Source: Methanobacteriota archaeon
GTDB taxonomy: Archaea; Thermoplasmatota; Thermoplasmata; SG8-5; JAGLSY01
Reading direction: 5' to 3'
NCBI GenBank assembly: GCA_020697715.1
Contig: JAEHCO010000001.1
Coordinates: 192,001 to 256,000 of the forward strand
Length of the DNA: 64,000 bases
Part shown: piece by piece, positions 10,386 to 19,719 of the stretch
Position numbering within the stretch: the first letter of the stretch is position 1
Layout of the letters: the number at the start of each line of letters is the position of its first letter
Position numbers and translations under genes: made by a program
Notes under the pieces: generated by a model
The model's database searches: none
Told to the model about the DNA's origin: nothing
The model's input: only the letters and a program-made list of their open reading frames with translations

Positions 10386-13042
10386 ACACAAGCATGGCTA
10401 ATCCCGGAGCATATGGGGTGATCAGTAATCTAAGAAAAATAGCCTCACGAGAATCAAAAGAGCCTAAAATGGTCATGGTTTTGTTATTCTTCATCCTGGG
10501 ATTGTTCGGATGTACATGGATACCTTTCCTCCCACTGTGGATGTCCATACTTGTGGCATTCGTCATAGCTGCGATATCATACGGCTTTCCCTACCTTTCA
10601 ATGATAGTGCTCAGCATCTTCGTGATAGGGGCTGCCGGATACCAGACACCGGAATTCGGACTTTTCATGCTGCTGTTTTCCATGGTCGTGCTGGTAATAG
10701 CGATGTTCGATTGGAAATTGGGATACTTGGTATTTCTATCAATATTCCTTTCCAGGTTCGGTCTTTCACTTATGGTCCCGATAGTGGCAGCTACACTATT
10801 TCCTTTATTATTATCAATATCCACTATCGTGATTGCGGGAGTGTTCCTCACCTTCATGGTCACATGCGGGAATATGACGATCGCCGGTATGCTGGTAGGC
10901 CCTGTGCATGATACCAGCTTCATTGTATTTTACAAACCAGAGATCGTTGATTTCATACCTTCGGACCTCGGTGTCGCCCTTGGATACTTACAGGATGCGG
11001 ATATGAGCATGATGGGAAATATCATAGCTGATAATCTGGGACTCACCATCATGCCGATAATTCAATTGATCCTCTGGGCATTCGTGGCCTTCCTCGTTTA
11101 CATGCTTTTCAACAGGAAGAAGATACAGGGAAGGTTCAATATCGCATTGACCCTCGTACCTTCAATCACCGCGATGATGATATTCATTAATTCCATAAAT
11201 CTCATGCTCACACCCACACCTGATGCTATCAACATGGGATATATGATCTTACCCATGGTCATAGCTTCTATTCTCATTGGAAGAGTTGGGCATGAATTAT
11301 ATTTCATATACTTCACGAATTTGGAAGTGGAGACCAATGTTGGAACCCGGATATCGGATATGGATAATCTAGGGGAGAGCAGCTTCCAATTGATAGGGGG
11401 TCTGGATGATGTTAAAGAGGACATCAAAGAATCCATAATGATGCCGCTTCTGATGAATGAGGTCACCGCCAAATATGGGGTGGAAGCACCTCATGGTATC
11501 CTTCTATTTGGACCTCCTGGCTGTGGAAAGACAATGCTGATGAAGGCATTGGCCAATGAGCTTCGAGTGGAGATGATCACCATAAAATGTTCCGATATCA
11601 TGTCAAAATGGTATGGTGAGAGTGAGAATAAACTAGCGGACTTATTCGAAACTGCAAAGGAGAGAAGACCATGTATCATCTTCTTTGATGACATGGAAGC
11701 GATGGCCAAGCACAGGGATCTTTATGCTGGAGATGATGTCACACCAAGGCTTCTCAGTATCATGCTGGCAGAGCTTGATGGTATGGACAATGCCGCAGGC
11801 ATCATACTTGTGGGTACCACCAATAAGCCAGAGTTGATAGATCCAGCTCTTCTAAGGCCAGGAAGGTTCGACAAGATCATATACGTACCTCCGCCATCTG
11901 TCGAAGAGAGGGTGGAGATCCTCAAGGTCCATCTTCGTAACAGACCTCTGGAAGATGATATCGACCTTCGCCTCGCAGCATTGAAATCAGAAAGGTTTTC
12001 AGGAGCTGACCTTTCTAATCTTGCCAAAGAGGCCGCTGTTCTCGCAATGAGGAGATCTGTAGAAAGTGGGGAAGATTCGTATATCACTGGTGATGATCTT
12101 GTGGAAGTGGCTACGACAGTCAAGCCCAGTATTAATCTGGCCATGCTGAAAGAATATGAGCTTCTCAAGATGGATTATGAAAGGAAGATGCATCATAGCG
12201 AGAGGGATGAGAAGTGGCAGAAGATCAAATGGGAAGATGTTGCAGGCGCGGATAGAACAAAGAAGGATATCCGTGGGTATATTGACATCCTGACCAAAGA
12301 GCCCAAGATATTGGAAGATTTCCGCCTGAAAACAGGACGAGGGATGTTATTGTTCGGACCTCCTGGTTGCGGAAAGAGCCATATTATGAAGGCCGCGGCC
12401 AATGAGCTGAAGATACCTTTACAGATCATAAGCGCACCCGAGATGATTGGATCTGGTTTGGGAACCATGCCAGTTAATCAAATATTCTTCCGAGCGAGAG
12501 AGAACACACCTTCAATTCTGATGATAGAGAACATCGATGCCCTGGGATCAAGGGAATCATTCGAGAATCCAGAGGCTTTCAATGTGATATCCCAGATACT
12601 TGACGAGGTGGACAATGTCGAGGCCAGGGAGCATGTGCTTATAGTGGCGACCACCAATGATCCGGACAGCCTTCACCCCAGCTTGATGAGGCCAGGCAGG
12701 TTCGATAAGATATTCCTGGTACCACCTCCAAGCTCCAAGGCCAGAAAAGAGACCTTTAAAATATATCTGAAAAACATACCAACAGCACCCGATGTCGATA
12801 ATGAGCTACTGGACATACTGGCAATGAAGACCAGCGGATACAGCAATGCGGATATAGCCGCCATAGTCGATGAAGCAAAGCTTACAGCGGTCGTCAACAA
12901 TGATCCTGGTGGCGAAGTATGTGAAAGGGCTGTGTGCAAGGACCATCTATTGAATGCGCTGAAGATGGTGGAGACATCCATTACCAAGGAATATCTGGAA
13001 TCGACAAAGGCATTCATGGAGCGCTATAAGGTGAGGAAGTAA
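10373..13042 (+). CDS. Membrane-anchored CDC48/VAT-like double AAA+ ATPase
   Basis: About 310-aa polytopic N-terminus; two GPPGCGK[TS] Walker A and two RPGRFD SRH motifs; SKWYGESE pore loop in D1. Confidence 0.9.
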   Translation: MVQMNTSMANPGAYGVISNLRKIASRESKEPKMVMVLLFFILGLFGCTWIPFLPLWMSILVAFVIAAISYGFPYLSMIVLSIFVIGAAGYQTPEFGLFMLLFSMVVLVIAMFDWKLGYLVFLSIFLSRFGLSLMVPIVAATLFPLLLSISTIVIAGVFLTFMVTCGNMTIAGMLVGPVHDTSFIVFYKPEIVDFIPSDLGVALGYLQDADMSMMGNIIADNLGLTIMPIIQLILWAFVAFLVYMLFNRKKIQGRFNIALTLVPSITAMMIFINSINLMLTPTPDAINMGYMILPMVIASILIGRVGHELYFIYFTNLEVETNVGTRISDMDNLGESSFQLIGGLDDVKEDIKESIMMPLLMNEVTAKYGVEAPHGILLFGPPGCGKTMLMKALANELRVEMITIKCSDIMSKWYGESENKLADLFETAKERRPCIIFFDDMEAMAKHRDLYAGDDVTPRLLSIMLAELDGMDNAAGIILVGTTNKPELIDPALLRPGRFDKIIYVPPPSVEERVEILKVHLRNRPLEDDIDLRLAALKSERFSGADLSNLAKEAAVLAMRRSVESGEDSYITGDDLVEVATTVKPSINLAMLKEYELLKMDYERKMHHSERDEKWQKIKWEDVAGADRTKKDIRGYIDILTKEPKILEDFRLKTGRGMLLFGPPGCGKSHIMKAAANELKIPLQIISAPEMIGSGLGTMPVNQIFFRARENTPSILMIENIDALGSRESFENPEAFNVISQILDEVDNVEAREHVLIVATTNDPDSLHPSLMRPGRFDKIFLVPPPSSKARKETFKIYLKNIPTAPDVDNELLDILAMKTSGYSNADIAAIVDEAKLTAVVNNDPGGEVCERAVCKDHLLNALKMVETSITKEYLESTKAFMERYKVRK

Positions 13043-13043
13043 G

Positions 13044-13382
13044 ATGGAAACGATCTCCTGGATACTGATCGTATCTATCGTGGTATTCATCCTCCTCGGG
13101 GTCTGGGGTATCAAATTCCCCAGGGCGGGAAAGGATTGGAACAAAAGCCGATCCGAGACCATGTCCATGATATTCAGTATGTTGATCTTCCTGGCCATGT
13201 TCCTCATGTTGTGGTATCTGATGGGAGTCATTGAATGGCCTGATGCCATGGATCTTATTGTCTGGATCTCCGCCATAACGTTCTTTGTCCTGATAATACT
13301 GGCAATTGTCCTTCCCAAAGGTACAAGACTGAGGCTTGGTAAGAAAGATAATAAAATTCAGGCTGCGGACGATGATGACTGA
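13044..13382 (+). CDS. Small 3-TM membrane protein
   Basis: Starts 2 nt after the AAA stop; three hydrophobic segments. Confidence 0.7.
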   Translation: METISWILIVSIVVFILLGVWGIKFPRAGKDWNKSRSETMSMIFSMLIFLAMFLMLWYLMGVIEWPDAMDLIVWISAITFFVLIILAIVLPKGTRLRLGKKDNKIQAADDDD

Positions 13383-13414
13383 AGAATGGACATGAATGGA
13401 TCAAAAAAAATTTA

Positions 13415-13439
13415 TCAGGGGTGTTTGAAACACCCCTGA
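13415..13439. terminator. Hairpin between convergent genes (probable bidirectional terminator)
   Basis: TCAGGGGTGTTT-G-AAACACCCCTGA perfect inverted repeat with an adjacent A8 tract (U-tract on the minus strand). Confidence 0.65.
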
Positions 13440-13514
13440 CAATTGTTATTTTTCAGGGTCCATCTTGGATGGATATTGATTCATCTGTGGTGAATCGACT
13501 TTCATCAGAATTCT

Positions 13515-14774
13515 TCACCTATGATGAAGATTCTTTGCCGCTATCACACTCAATCCATTCTTGGTCAAAGCATCTGCCGTCCTATTGATAGCCAGGTGCT
13601 TGTCCATGTAGTTCTGTGTGAGGTCTTCCATCATCCCGTTCTTTATGACATCGGCCTTGGGTAGGAAGTATTCCAGTATGTCAGATGGGTGGCTTCTTGA
13701 CTCCTCGATGTCCATGTCCCCGCCTTCGTGCTTGGCGCTGATATTCGGAACGGTCTTGGCAATATGCATCAATTCATCACGGCGATCGTATGGCTGGCGC
13801 ACGATGCTCTTGTATGATTCGAATATGTGATGTTCGAACCTGACCACATCGTCCAAGCTCATGGCCTTCCTGATCTCCGCACTTATCTCGATGGTCTCAT
13901 TGTTCACTGAATTGGAGAAGTTGAAACCGATCAGTGATGTTGTGCCGTCTCCCCTGCTGAACAATTTGGCACCCATCAGGGTCCAGAATATGGAATATGG
14001 ATTGTCATTACCCATGAATACCGATATTTTAAATTCATTGTTCACACCTAGCTTGTGAAGCATATAGGCCAGCATCACAGTTCCTGGGTTGACATTGAGC
14101 ACTTGATTGACACCGTAATTTGTGTAATAATACAGGAACTCGTCTATCCATTTGAGTCCGTGATCATTTGGCTGGCCCACACCACCGAAATAACCAGTGA
14201 TGGTCTCCGGACCACCAAGATGTACATTGGATCCGTCTGTTCCTTTTGTGTCCAGGGTCTCGCACACACTGGCTCCGACGATCTTCATGGCTGCCTGAAC
14301 TGCCAGAAGGTCATCATCGTCCTCCTGTTCCTTCATCATTCGAACGCGGATGAAACGACCAGGCATCAATTCCTGGTTGGCTATTGCCTGTCTCGCTTGC
14401 TTCATGAAGAAAGGAAAGTACTGAAGAGCACTGATCTCCAGAGTTACGGCGATGTCATCATCGAACTCCAGGCCAGTGGCATTATCGCCCACTATCTTCT
14501 TCTTGTAATCCTGGATGCTGATGAAGGCTCCATTGTCCCTCTGCTCTATCAGCCACTTCAGATCTGCCAGGTATGGTGAGTTCTTGGCTTCCAGTTGGCC
14601 GAGGAGATTTTCCAGCTTTCCAGCCTCCTCCGCCTTTCTGTTTATCTCAGCCACTCCACCATACTTGTCAATGATAGCAAGTAGATCATTGACCAGCTTA
14701 TTATCTGGATCCATTAGAAAATCATTTACCTCATTCAATCTTTTATCGGATATCTTTAACAGTTCTCTGCTCAT
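13515..14774 (-). CDS. Conserved-looking hypothetical soluble protein, possibly an enzyme
   Basis: Long ORF with GGAGG SD; Gly-rich motif TLDTKGTDGSNVHLGGPETITGYFGGVGQPN; family not recognised. Confidence 0.7.
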   Translation of the reverse strand: MSRELLKISDKRLNEVNDFLMDPDNKLVNDLLAIIDKYGGVAEINRKAEEAGKLENLLGQLEAKNSPYLADLKWLIEQRDNGAFISIQDYKKKIVGDNATGLEFDDDIAVTLEISALQYFPFFMKQARQAIANQELMPGRFIRVRMMKEQEDDDDLLAVQAAMKIVGASVCETLDTKGTDGSNVHLGGPETITGYFGGVGQPNDHGLKWIDEFLYYYTNYGVNQVLNVNPGTVMLAYMLHKLGVNNEFKISVFMGNDNPYSIFWTLMGAKLFSRGDGTTSLIGFNFSNSVNNETIEISAEIRKAMSLDDVVRFEHHIFESYKSIVRQPYDRRDELMHIAKTVPNISAKHEGGDMDIEESRSHPSDILEYFLPKADVIKNGMMEDLTQNYMDKHLAINRTADALTKNGLSVIAAKNLHHR

Positions 14775-14829
14775 ATCTTTGCCTCCCCTTGGGTTGTATC
14801 AGGTTAATAGAATGTGATTAATAAAGATT

Positions 14830-15270
14830 GTGAAGTATCATAAGGATTTTAAGGCACGGGACCATGCTGAACATGTGGACTATGAAAAGACACTTGAGGA
14901 TATCCAGGAAGCTCTGGAGCTATTAGCCAGTCAACCAAATATTCCGATCATCGTGGAAGGCCGCAAGGATGTCAGGGCCTTACGGGAGCTTGGAATTGAA
15001 GGTATCGTAATAGTTCTAAATGATGGTAATTCGATCATCGACACTTGCACAAATCTATCTAAAGAACATAAAAAAGCCATAATTCTCACAGATTGGGACA
15101 GGAAAGGAGGGCAACTGGCTCGCCTGCTGATGGAAGCACTGGAGGCTAATGACATGAGATACGACAATGATATCAGAGCCACGATATCCAGACTGTCGAA
15201 AAAGGAAATTAAAGATATTGAGTCGCTACCGAAATACCTGGCCAGGCTGGAAGAGATGGCAAAAGGGTAG
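14830..15270 (+). CDS. Toprim-domain protein (UPF0292 / RNase M5-like)
   Basis: IIVEGRKD and ILTDWDRKG Toprim motifs; start may be GTG at 14875. Confidence 0.85.
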   Translation: MKYHKDFKARDHAEHVDYEKTLEDIQEALELLASQPNIPIIVEGRKDVRALRELGIEGIVIVLNDGNSIIDTCTNLSKEHKKAIILTDWDRKGGQLARLLMEALEANDMRYDNDIRATISRLSKKEIKDIESLPKYLARLEEMAKG

Positions 15271-15391
15271 GCATAAGGGCATTGACACTACAAGGGCGGG
15301 TGTCAACGATGTCCCAATGTGGTGGGGGTCTGGAAGGCGGGCGGACTAATTATTCACAACAACCCTTTTATCCCACCGAGCCAATACGCGA

Positions 15392-15889
15392 ATGGAGGAA
15401 TTCGATATGGAATTATTAACAGTCAAGATCAACAATCCGGATGAGTTGAACATCATCATAGGTCAGTCACATTTTATCAAGACCGCGGAAGACATCTACG
15501 AGGCCATGGTGAACACCGTGCCCAATGTGAAGTTCGGTGTCGCTTTCTGCGAGGCCTCGGTGAACCGTTTGGTCAGGGTGGAGGGGAATGATGATGAATT
15601 GAAGAAGCTGGCTGCGGAGAATGCGTACGCGATCTCCGCCGGTCACATATTCTTCCTCATCATGAGGGACGCATTCCCGATCAATGTCCTCAGGTCGATA
15701 AAGAACGTACCTGAGGTTTGCAATATATTCTGCGCGACCGCCAATGCCGTTGAGGTGGTAATCGCTGAAAGCGAGCAGGGGCGTGGGATACTGGGCGTTA
15801 TAGATGGTCAGCCCCCACTTGGGATCGAGGATGCGGAAGCAGAGGCCACGAGGAAGGAATTCCTGAGAAAGATCGGATACAAAAGATAG
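15392..15889 (+). CDS. DUF355 adenosine-specific kinase-like protein
   Basis: IIGQSHFIKT, FCEAS, FCATAN, GRGILGVIDG, FLRKIGYK. Confidence 0.88.
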   Translation: MEEFDMELLTVKINNPDELNIIIGQSHFIKTAEDIYEAMVNTVPNVKFGVAFCEASVNRLVRVEGNDDELKKLAAENAYAISAGHIFFLIMRDAFPINVLRSIKNVPEVCNIFCATANAVEVVIAESEQGRGILGVIDGQPPLGIEDAEAEATRKEFLRKIGYKR

Positions 15890-15943
15890 TAGCGGACTTA
15901 AGAAATCCAAATACCTAAATATCGTCGATCATTTGTACCCTCG

Positions 15944-18232
15944 ATGGTAGAGGAAAGCCAGCCTGTTAGTGATACGAAAGTCGAGGTCAAATTGAAGAGA
16001 GACCTCGGTCTCTTCAGTATTTTGATGATCGGGCTTGGGCCGACACTTGGTTCCACCATCTTTCTTCTTGTAGGATTTGGGCTTGAGATCGCCGGACCTG
16101 GACTTGTACTTGTTTTTGTCCTGAACTTCATTGTCACGGTCTTCACAGCCATGGCCTATGCCGAGCTCAGCAGCGCCTTCCCCGATACTGGCGGAGGATA
16201 TCTGTGGGTGAAGGAAGGTATGCCCCAGCCTATTGGTTTTCTGGCAGGCTGGATGTCCTGGTTCGGGCATTGTATCGTGACCAGTTTCTATGTCTTTGGT
16301 TTTGGGAAGGGAGTGATGTGGATACTGGAGGCGAATGAGATCGCCATACCCTTTGACGCGGATCTTCTTGTGAAATCATTGGCTGTCGCGGTGTGTTTGG
16401 TCTTCATCCTCATCAACTACAGAGGAACGAAAGAAACTGGTAAGTCCAGTATCTACATCACACTTATCCTGATAGCGATCATATCCATATTCATCATTTC
16501 CGGAGTCATCTATATAATTCTAAACCCAGGAGCGCATGGAGGGGATGTGACCTCGGTCGTCAGCAACCCGATACCAAATGGCTGGGGCTCGATCCTGATA
16601 GCTATGGGATTCACATTCATTGTTTTCGAGGGTTATGAGATAATATCTCAATGTGGAGAGGAATGTATCGACCCTCTCAAGAACGTGCCAAAGGCCAGCT
16701 GGTTATGTATCATCATATCCACCATCATATTCGTTCTGGTGGCCGCTGTTTGTACAGGGGTGATCGACTGGACGACCATCGGGCACACGGTAGCAGGGGA
16801 TGATGTCGTGGCCCATGTGGCAGACATCACCATTCCCAAATACGGAATACTACTGGTGGCCACAGGTGTTATCCTCGGAACACTGGCCGCGATCAATTCC
16901 ACCTTATTTTCATCATCCAGAGTGTCATACGCCATGGGTCGTGATGGAGCCCTTCCGGATGCCTTCGGCACACTCAGCAAAAAGAAGAACACACCTCATG
17001 TGGCCATATTCACCAGTGGAGCCATCGTCATAATGATGACATTGTTCCTCCCCATCGAGGATATCGCCGCGTCAGCCGATATCATGTTCCTCCTGCTCTT
17101 CTTCTTCGTGAACCTGGCTGCCATCACACTAAGATACAAAAGACCGGATATCAAGCGCCATTACATGATGCCCTTCTTCCCATGGGTTCCGATTATCGGC
17201 ATTGGAACAAAATTTGTCCTGGCCATAGGATTATGGTGGGAGTTCCCAATGGCTTGGGTAATTGCTGTCGTGTGGATCGAGATCGGCCTGATGGCCTTCT
17301 ATTTATATGGCGGAAAGGAAAAGATCGAAAAGACCGATCACCCGGATGAAGTTGCTGAAAGGGCGAGCAAGAAGAAGGGTAAGAAATACAAGATACTGGT
17401 ACCTGTTACAAGCGATGAGCAGAAATCCCTTGTTAAATTCGCCGCCCTGGTCGCCAGAGTGGAGAATGCGGAGGTATACCTGGTAAAGGTGATCGAGCAG
17501 GCAAAAGGAGATCACCTGGATTCGATGGCCTATAAAGAACTGGCACCTCATATCAAGGTAGTGGACAAGCTGAAGAAGATACTTGACAGAGAGCAGATAA
17601 AATGCCACAGTAAAGTCCTGATCTCCAGACTGGCTTCCGATGCTATACTGGATCTCATAAATGAAGAAAAGATCGATCTGACAATAATCGGATGGAGGGG
17701 GCAGACAAAGCCTGGTCAGATCTTCGGACACAATATTGATGAAATGGTCCAGAAGGCGAACAGTGATGTCATCGTGTTCAAATCCAAGGAGATGGGCAAG
17801 GAAGTGAAGAAGATACTCGTGGTCTCAACCCCTGAGTGGCATTCCAGTTATGCAACCAATTATTCTATCCTTATCGCGAAACAGGATTATTCCCACATCA
17901 CGATATTCAGCGCAAGCGCGACCGAGGCTAAAAGAATAGAGGAAGACAAGTATGCGGACAAATTGACACAATTATGCCATATTCATGATGTTGAGCATAC
18001 GAAGAAGGTCATCATGGTCGATAATATCGAGGATGCCATAGTGAAAGAGGCTGCTGATCATGACCTGGTTGTCTTCGGAGCCGCAGAAGAGTGGACATTG
18101 AAGAAGTATGCCTTTGGTAGCATGCAGGACAGAATGGCGAAAGGCATACAGAAACCAATACTCATGGTGAGGAAGATCACACATAGGTCATCCAGCATAT
18201 CTGATGATCCTGCATCAGATAAAAAGGATTGA
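15944..18232 (+). CDS. APC-family amino acid permease with C-terminal universal stress protein domains
   Basis: YAELSSAFP..GGGY, SRVSYAMGRDG, about 12 TMs; KILVP and two USP-like domains. Confidence 0.9.
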   Translation: MVEESQPVSDTKVEVKLKRDLGLFSILMIGLGPTLGSTIFLLVGFGLEIAGPGLVLVFVLNFIVTVFTAMAYAELSSAFPDTGGGYLWVKEGMPQPIGFLAGWMSWFGHCIVTSFYVFGFGKGVMWILEANEIAIPFDADLLVKSLAVAVCLVFILINYRGTKETGKSSIYITLILIAIISIFIISGVIYIILNPGAHGGDVTSVVSNPIPNGWGSILIAMGFTFIVFEGYEIISQCGEECIDPLKNVPKASWLCIIISTIIFVLVAAVCTGVIDWTTIGHTVAGDDVVAHVADITIPKYGILLVATGVILGTLAAINSTLFSSSRVSYAMGRDGALPDAFGTLSKKKNTPHVAIFTSGAIVIMMTLFLPIEDIAASADIMFLLLFFFVNLAAITLRYKRPDIKRHYMMPFFPWVPIIGIGTKFVLAIGLWWEFPMAWVIAVVWIEIGLMAFYLYGGKEKIEKTDHPDEVAERASKKKGKKYKILVPVTSDEQKSLVKFAALVARVENAEVYLVKVIEQAKGDHLDSMAYKELAPHIKVVDKLKKILDREQIKCHSKVLISRLASDAILDLINEEKIDLTIIGWRGQTKPGQIFGHNIDEMVQKANSDVIVFKSKEMGKEVKKILVVSTPEWHSSYATNYSILIAKQDYSHITIFSASATEAKRIEEDKYADKLTQLCHIHDVEHTKKVIMVDNIEDAIVKEAADHDLVVFGAAEEWTLKKYAFGSMQDRMAKGIQKPILMVRKITHRSSSISDDPASDKKD

Positions 18233-18288
18233 TCATTCACTATACCTGCTAGTATTGACGAAGTATATTGTTGATGGAATATTTTAGA

Positions 18289-19656
18289 TCAATTGAAGGA
18301 TGATAGTGCTATTCCATCCTTCTTCAATCTATCGTGAAGAGCCTTGATGAGCTCAGATCGTACAATATCTCCCTGGGATGGGTCCAAAACCCAGGCATTG
18401 ACACGGTAGATCGACGTATCCTTTGATATGGACAATAATCGGACAGTTATCGGATACTTAGGATCCTGGCCAGATACACCTGCGGATGAAGCCGTGATAG
18501 TATTCTCAATAACCTGGAAATCAACTTCTGAGCTTAATGGTATATCGATATCCAATCTAAGACCATCGACTGTAGTGAAGTTGTGAATTGTGGAATCCAT
18601 GACCTTGTTATTTGGAATATCCATGAAATCTCCGAAATTGGTCCTCACCCTTGTGAAGATCAGGTGCTGCTCAACTACCTCTCCAACATCCTCATCACCC
18701 AATTTGACCCAGTCGCCTTTGTTAATGCTGTCAGTAAGCAGGAGTATGACACCGGATATGGCATTCTTCATGCCTGGGGAGGTTCCGATTATCAGTAAGA
18801 TGGAAAGAGTTAATCCAATTATGACAAAGACAACTAGTTCCATATGCATGAATCCAAGAATATCCAGTATGATCATCAAGGTTAAAACAAAAGCCAGCCA
18901 GTAAAGCAAATATCTGATCAAGTTCTTCAGCAGATCGATGAGTTTATTTGGGAATTTCGTAGGCTTGGACTTGAAGTCATCCAGCATCATTGACAAAAGC
19001 TTTCCTACAAGGTACAGTACCACAATAATAGTGATGAGCGAAAGAACTTCCTGAAGGATCAGTGTCCCATCCATCCCAGTTATGCCAGTGACCTCGAATA
19101 TCTGATCTCGAACTTCCTGATTGGGGGTGGTTAGAAGACCTACAAGGAAAGCGATGACTATCCCGAAGAATAGAAGTATGTATTTGACAAAGCCCTGGGC
19201 GAAGTCCAGTATACCTGACTTCACCATATTATCAGGATCTCCTTTTGCTTCTTCACCCTTAATGGAGATCCAGACCGAGCTGAGCTGGGCTAGCAGTAAG
19301 AAACTGAAAAAGGTCACTCCAGCCATTAATATGAATATATAATCTAGAGTTGTTTCAAAGAGAGTGAGGAAAAGTTCGATCTCCAGTAATGCGCCTACAT
19401 AAAGTATGGAGATAAGAACGAAGATGATGCTCATTACCCGAACTGCCGTGAATACGGAGTCCAATGTTCGGTCATCCACATATGTTCTTTCTTTCAATTT
19501 GAGAAAACTGATATATCTTGATATATGAGAGAAGATAAACAGCAATACGGTGAACAAGACTATACCAATTACCACTAGGAGTGCGTAGTCTCCTGGTCCT
19601 GCTTCGTTCATGATACCAGTCATTGTTTCCGAACTGCTTGCTAACATATTATCCAC
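18289..19656 (-). CDS. mscS: MscS-family mechanosensitive channel with an extended N-terminal TM region
   Basis: NAISGVILL...GDWVKLG...G.V.....T......IPN. Confidence 0.85.
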   Translation of the reverse strand: MDNMLASSSETMTGIMNEAGPGDYALLVVIGIVLFTVLLFIFSHISRYISFLKLKERTYVDDRTLDSVFTAVRVMSIIFVLISILYVGALLEIELFLTLFETTLDYIFILMAGVTFFSFLLLAQLSSVWISIKGEEAKGDPDNMVKSGILDFAQGFVKYILLFFGIVIAFLVGLLTTPNQEVRDQIFEVTGITGMDGTLILQEVLSLITIIVVLYLVGKLLSMMLDDFKSKPTKFPNKLIDLLKNLIRYLLYWLAFVLTLMIILDILGFMHMELVVFVIIGLTLSILLIIGTSPGMKNAISGVILLLTDSINKGDWVKLGDEDVGEVVEQHLIFTRVRTNFGDFMDIPNNKVMDSTIHNFTTVDGLRLDIDIPLSSEVDFQVIENTITASSAGVSGQDPKYPITVRLLSISKDTSIYRVNAWVLDPSQGDIVRSELIKALHDRLKKDGIALSSFN

Positions 19657-19719
19657 AATGGGATGAAATAATCGATTATTTATATTTATGCACAGAAGCT
19701 AAGGGATATGATACAAACA

